Source: Tubulanus polymorphus (Eukaryota > Animalia > Nemertea). Taken from it: 64,000 nucleotides of DNA. The notes below the pieces were generated by a model that made no database searches, was not told where the DNA came from, and was given only the letters and a program-made list of their open reading frames with translations. Below are positions 61,738 to 64,000 of the stretch, in pieces (within the stretch, counting starts at the first letter, position 1; every line of letters begins with the position of its first letter). Where the stretch lies: NCBI RefSeq assembly GCF_964204645.1, contig NC_134030.1, forward strand, positions 10,071,222 to 10,135,221, given 5' to 3'. The position numbers and the translations under genes are program-made.

Positions 61738-63990
61738 TTATGGCTCGTCGAAATCGTCGATTTTCTCGTCGCCGTCAGGGGGCGGTTTATCCCCGTTTTC
61801 CGCGTGGTGCTCTTTCTTTTCTTCCTTATCCCCTCCTTTGTCTTCTTCCTTTGCTTCCTCCTCTTCTTCTGTCGGGTTCAACCGCTCCTGTTCTTTGGCG
61901 CGATGTTCGCACGAGTTGCAGGACTTGGCGCACTGGAATTTCATGAAGCTAGCCGCGTACGGCTCGCTGCAATGACCGGCATGCGCCCAAATCTCGCAGT
62001 CAATGTCGTTGTAGTCGTTCGGACACGACCCTTTCTCATTCGCTGAAACAGAAAAACTTAAGATAAATACTGTGGTAATGTTTGATAAATAGGTTTACCT
62101 TAATTTTGCAAATTTCTACAATGTTTTAAAATTGGAAACTACAGCCTTACTGGAGGTATTCGCGAATTTTAAGGTATATATCTACAGTAAACTCCGTCCA
62201 AGTCGGATCCGATCAACTCGGATAACCGTTCAACTCGGATGTTTTTTTGAATGTTTTTGTGACACTATATATCATGAAATACATAACATCCAACTCGGGC
62301 ATCACTTAAGCGAAGTCTACTGCGTAAGCCGTAATGACTGTTTTTGCTCTGAAATCTAAACGCCGTGTTACTTTGATAATATCATTGATAATGCTTGTTC
62401 AAAGATAATATGTTCGTTGACATGGACCCCTACATCCTCTTGGTACTGGTCAACTCAGTAAACTTTCACATAAGCATTTACGGCGAAGTTTACGTTTAGT
62501 TGGTTTAGATCGTGTTCTTTTCTTTCGAGAACTTACAGTGACACGTGTTGCAGGAACTTGCGCAATGTACCTTCATCCAGACATTGTGGTCGCAATGACC
62601 GCCGTACGCCCATTCGTCACAATGTTCCATCGTATGGTATCGATTGTCGCAAGGACCTTAGATGGAAAAAGAATGATAATGATAATAGTAATAAGGAAAA
62701 TAATATTAAACGATTGTAAAGCGCCTATTTCTCTGCGCCAAAGTTCACTGGCACTGTGTCTGGTCAAGCAAATCGCTGATAAGCCTGCAGGAAATGCTTT
62801 AGTATGCTTTAGCGAATGCTTAAGTAATCGTTTGAAAATGTTAAGATCAGAGGCACAGCGAAAATTTTGGATAGCACCGTTCCAAATGGATGCAGAAATG
62901 GGATTGATAAGATCGACCAGCAAAAGCCTCGAGTCGGTATGATGTGCCAGTCAACAGGTTTCTATTTGATGAATTGATGCCAGTAGGATACTAAAATGCT
63001 CGCATTAAACATGGCCGACCCAAAATCGGTATGAGAATTACGATTTTCGGATGGACCTCCGGAGAAATTACGCATTTGCCAGTAATGTCGAGACGGTTTG
63101 AAGTAAACATAGAAACCACCCAGAGTGTCCTTTACCTCTGATATTACGATTGACGGGTATATACCGAAATGATTAACCTTCGGGAGAAGAAGTAGTTTAA
63201 TTGGTAGAGTAACTACACTCAAACGTGTAGAACTGGTTTTAAGATAAAACCCCCACTAAGCTTTAGAATCGAGAAGTTATACTCGAATCAAAAAATCAAA
63301 ATGACACGACGTTTCGATCTCTCACTAGACATCATCGTCAGGTGTATAATATACATGTTGTGGGTTTTTATCTATACATGTAGTTAGAAACTTTCTAAAT
63401 GCTCGTTTCAGCCATTCCCAATCGTTTCAGAGCAAGAAATTTCATGCGATTAATATAATTCTCGTTGAATTTGTTTTTTGAGACCATATACGCGTGTAGG
63501 CCTACCTTTTTCTAACGGTTTTCTGGTCGGCTCTGGCTTTTCGGCTTCGGCTTCACCAAAATCAGGAAAGTCCTCGTCGCCACCGGCCTCTGCTTCTTCT
63601 GTTGTTTCTTCTGTAGGTTTAACATCGACTTCCTTTTCCGTATCTTGTGCCGAGAGGGGTACTACCATCAGCAGTACTGTCCAAGACGTTGATAAATACG
63701 GTTCAGAGAATGCATTTCCTTATAAATGGCAGGAATCTATTTCATTTTTTTCAAATACATGAGGTTTTCATCATTTTCAATCAAATGAATTTGAATAAAA
63801 CCGCATTTCAAAAAATTCTAGAATATCCGAACATGAGATATAGTTAGATGAATTTTGTTGAATCCTTTCATCTTCAATTTAGTTTTAAGGCATCTCAATA
63901 TTCTAATTGTCTATTTCTTTTTTTTTACTTCTATAAACATTACTCACGTCCAGCGCAGCACAAAGCCAGCAGCCAGCCGGTAATTTTCAT
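61738..63990 (-). CDS. Secreted twin-ShKT-domain protein, paralog C, 212 aa; exons 63990-63948, 63676-63506, 62656-62537, 62042-61738
   Basis: Signal MKITGWLLALCCAGLLLMVVPLSA. DEDFPDFGEAE. ShKT1 CDNRYHTMEHCDEWAYGGHCDHNVWMKVHCASSCNTC. ShKT2 CPNDYNDIDCEIWAHAGHCSEPYAASFMKFQCAKSCNSC. Glu-rich tail ending DDFDEP*. AATAAA on the minus strand at 61679-61674. Confidence 0.88.
62690..62925 (-). mobile_element. 3' end fragment of an L2/CR1-group LINE in intron 2 of ShKT paralog C
   Basis: Translates to WNGAIQNFRCASDLNIFKRLLK, matching the WNxLPxxxRxxxSLxxFKxxLK pattern, followed by a gcgc...ggcgctttacaa..tattatt tail. Confidence 0.55.
63301..63347 (-). ncRNA. Minimal (Penelope-type) hammerhead ribozyme motif
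   Basis: The minus strand reads ACAC-CUGACGA-U-GAUGUCU(AGUG)AGAGAUC-GAAA-CG-UC-GUGU. It has intact core boxes, stem I ACAC/GUGU, stem II of 6 bp with one mismatch, and a palindromic ACGU in place of stem III. Confidence 0.6.
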
Positions 63991-64000
63991 CCTTCTAGTT

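Overview
AT-rich, intron-containing animal genomic DNA. The gene content and repeat types suggest a marine invertebrate, probably lophotrochozoan (inference). There are no prokaryotic operons, rRNA genes or CRISPR arrays. Genes reconstructed by hand from splice sites and codon phase: (1) a rhodopsin-class GPCR with a single coding exon, FMRFamide/sex-peptide-receptor-like (4481-5578, +); (2) a probably secreted Gly/Tyr/Ser/His/Arg repeat protein, about 50 x GGS(L)GHRYGSY, with one in-frame TGA (7341-9031, -); (3) an unrecognised 137-aa secreted protein with 10 mature cysteines (18698-22289, +); (4) a decayed multi-exon pseudogene of unknown family (about 23.6-28.7 kb, -); (5) a secreted PAN/Apple-domain protein (from 30845, +); (6) a complete 7-coding-exon ENT4/SLC29A4-like transporter with a GC-AG intron (44559-51048, +); (7) a tandem array of three 4-exon secreted proteins, each with two ShKT domains between conserved acidic motifs (54325-63990, -). 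The rest is dense with MITEs, long-TIR foldback elements, tRNA-derived SINEs, L2 LINE tails, a DINE-1/Helentron-type element and Penelope-like remnants carrying minimal hammerhead-ribozyme motifs. The best leads for novelty are the acidic twin-ShKT family, the 10-Cys secreted protein, the RY/GH repeat protein and the intronic hammerhead motif.
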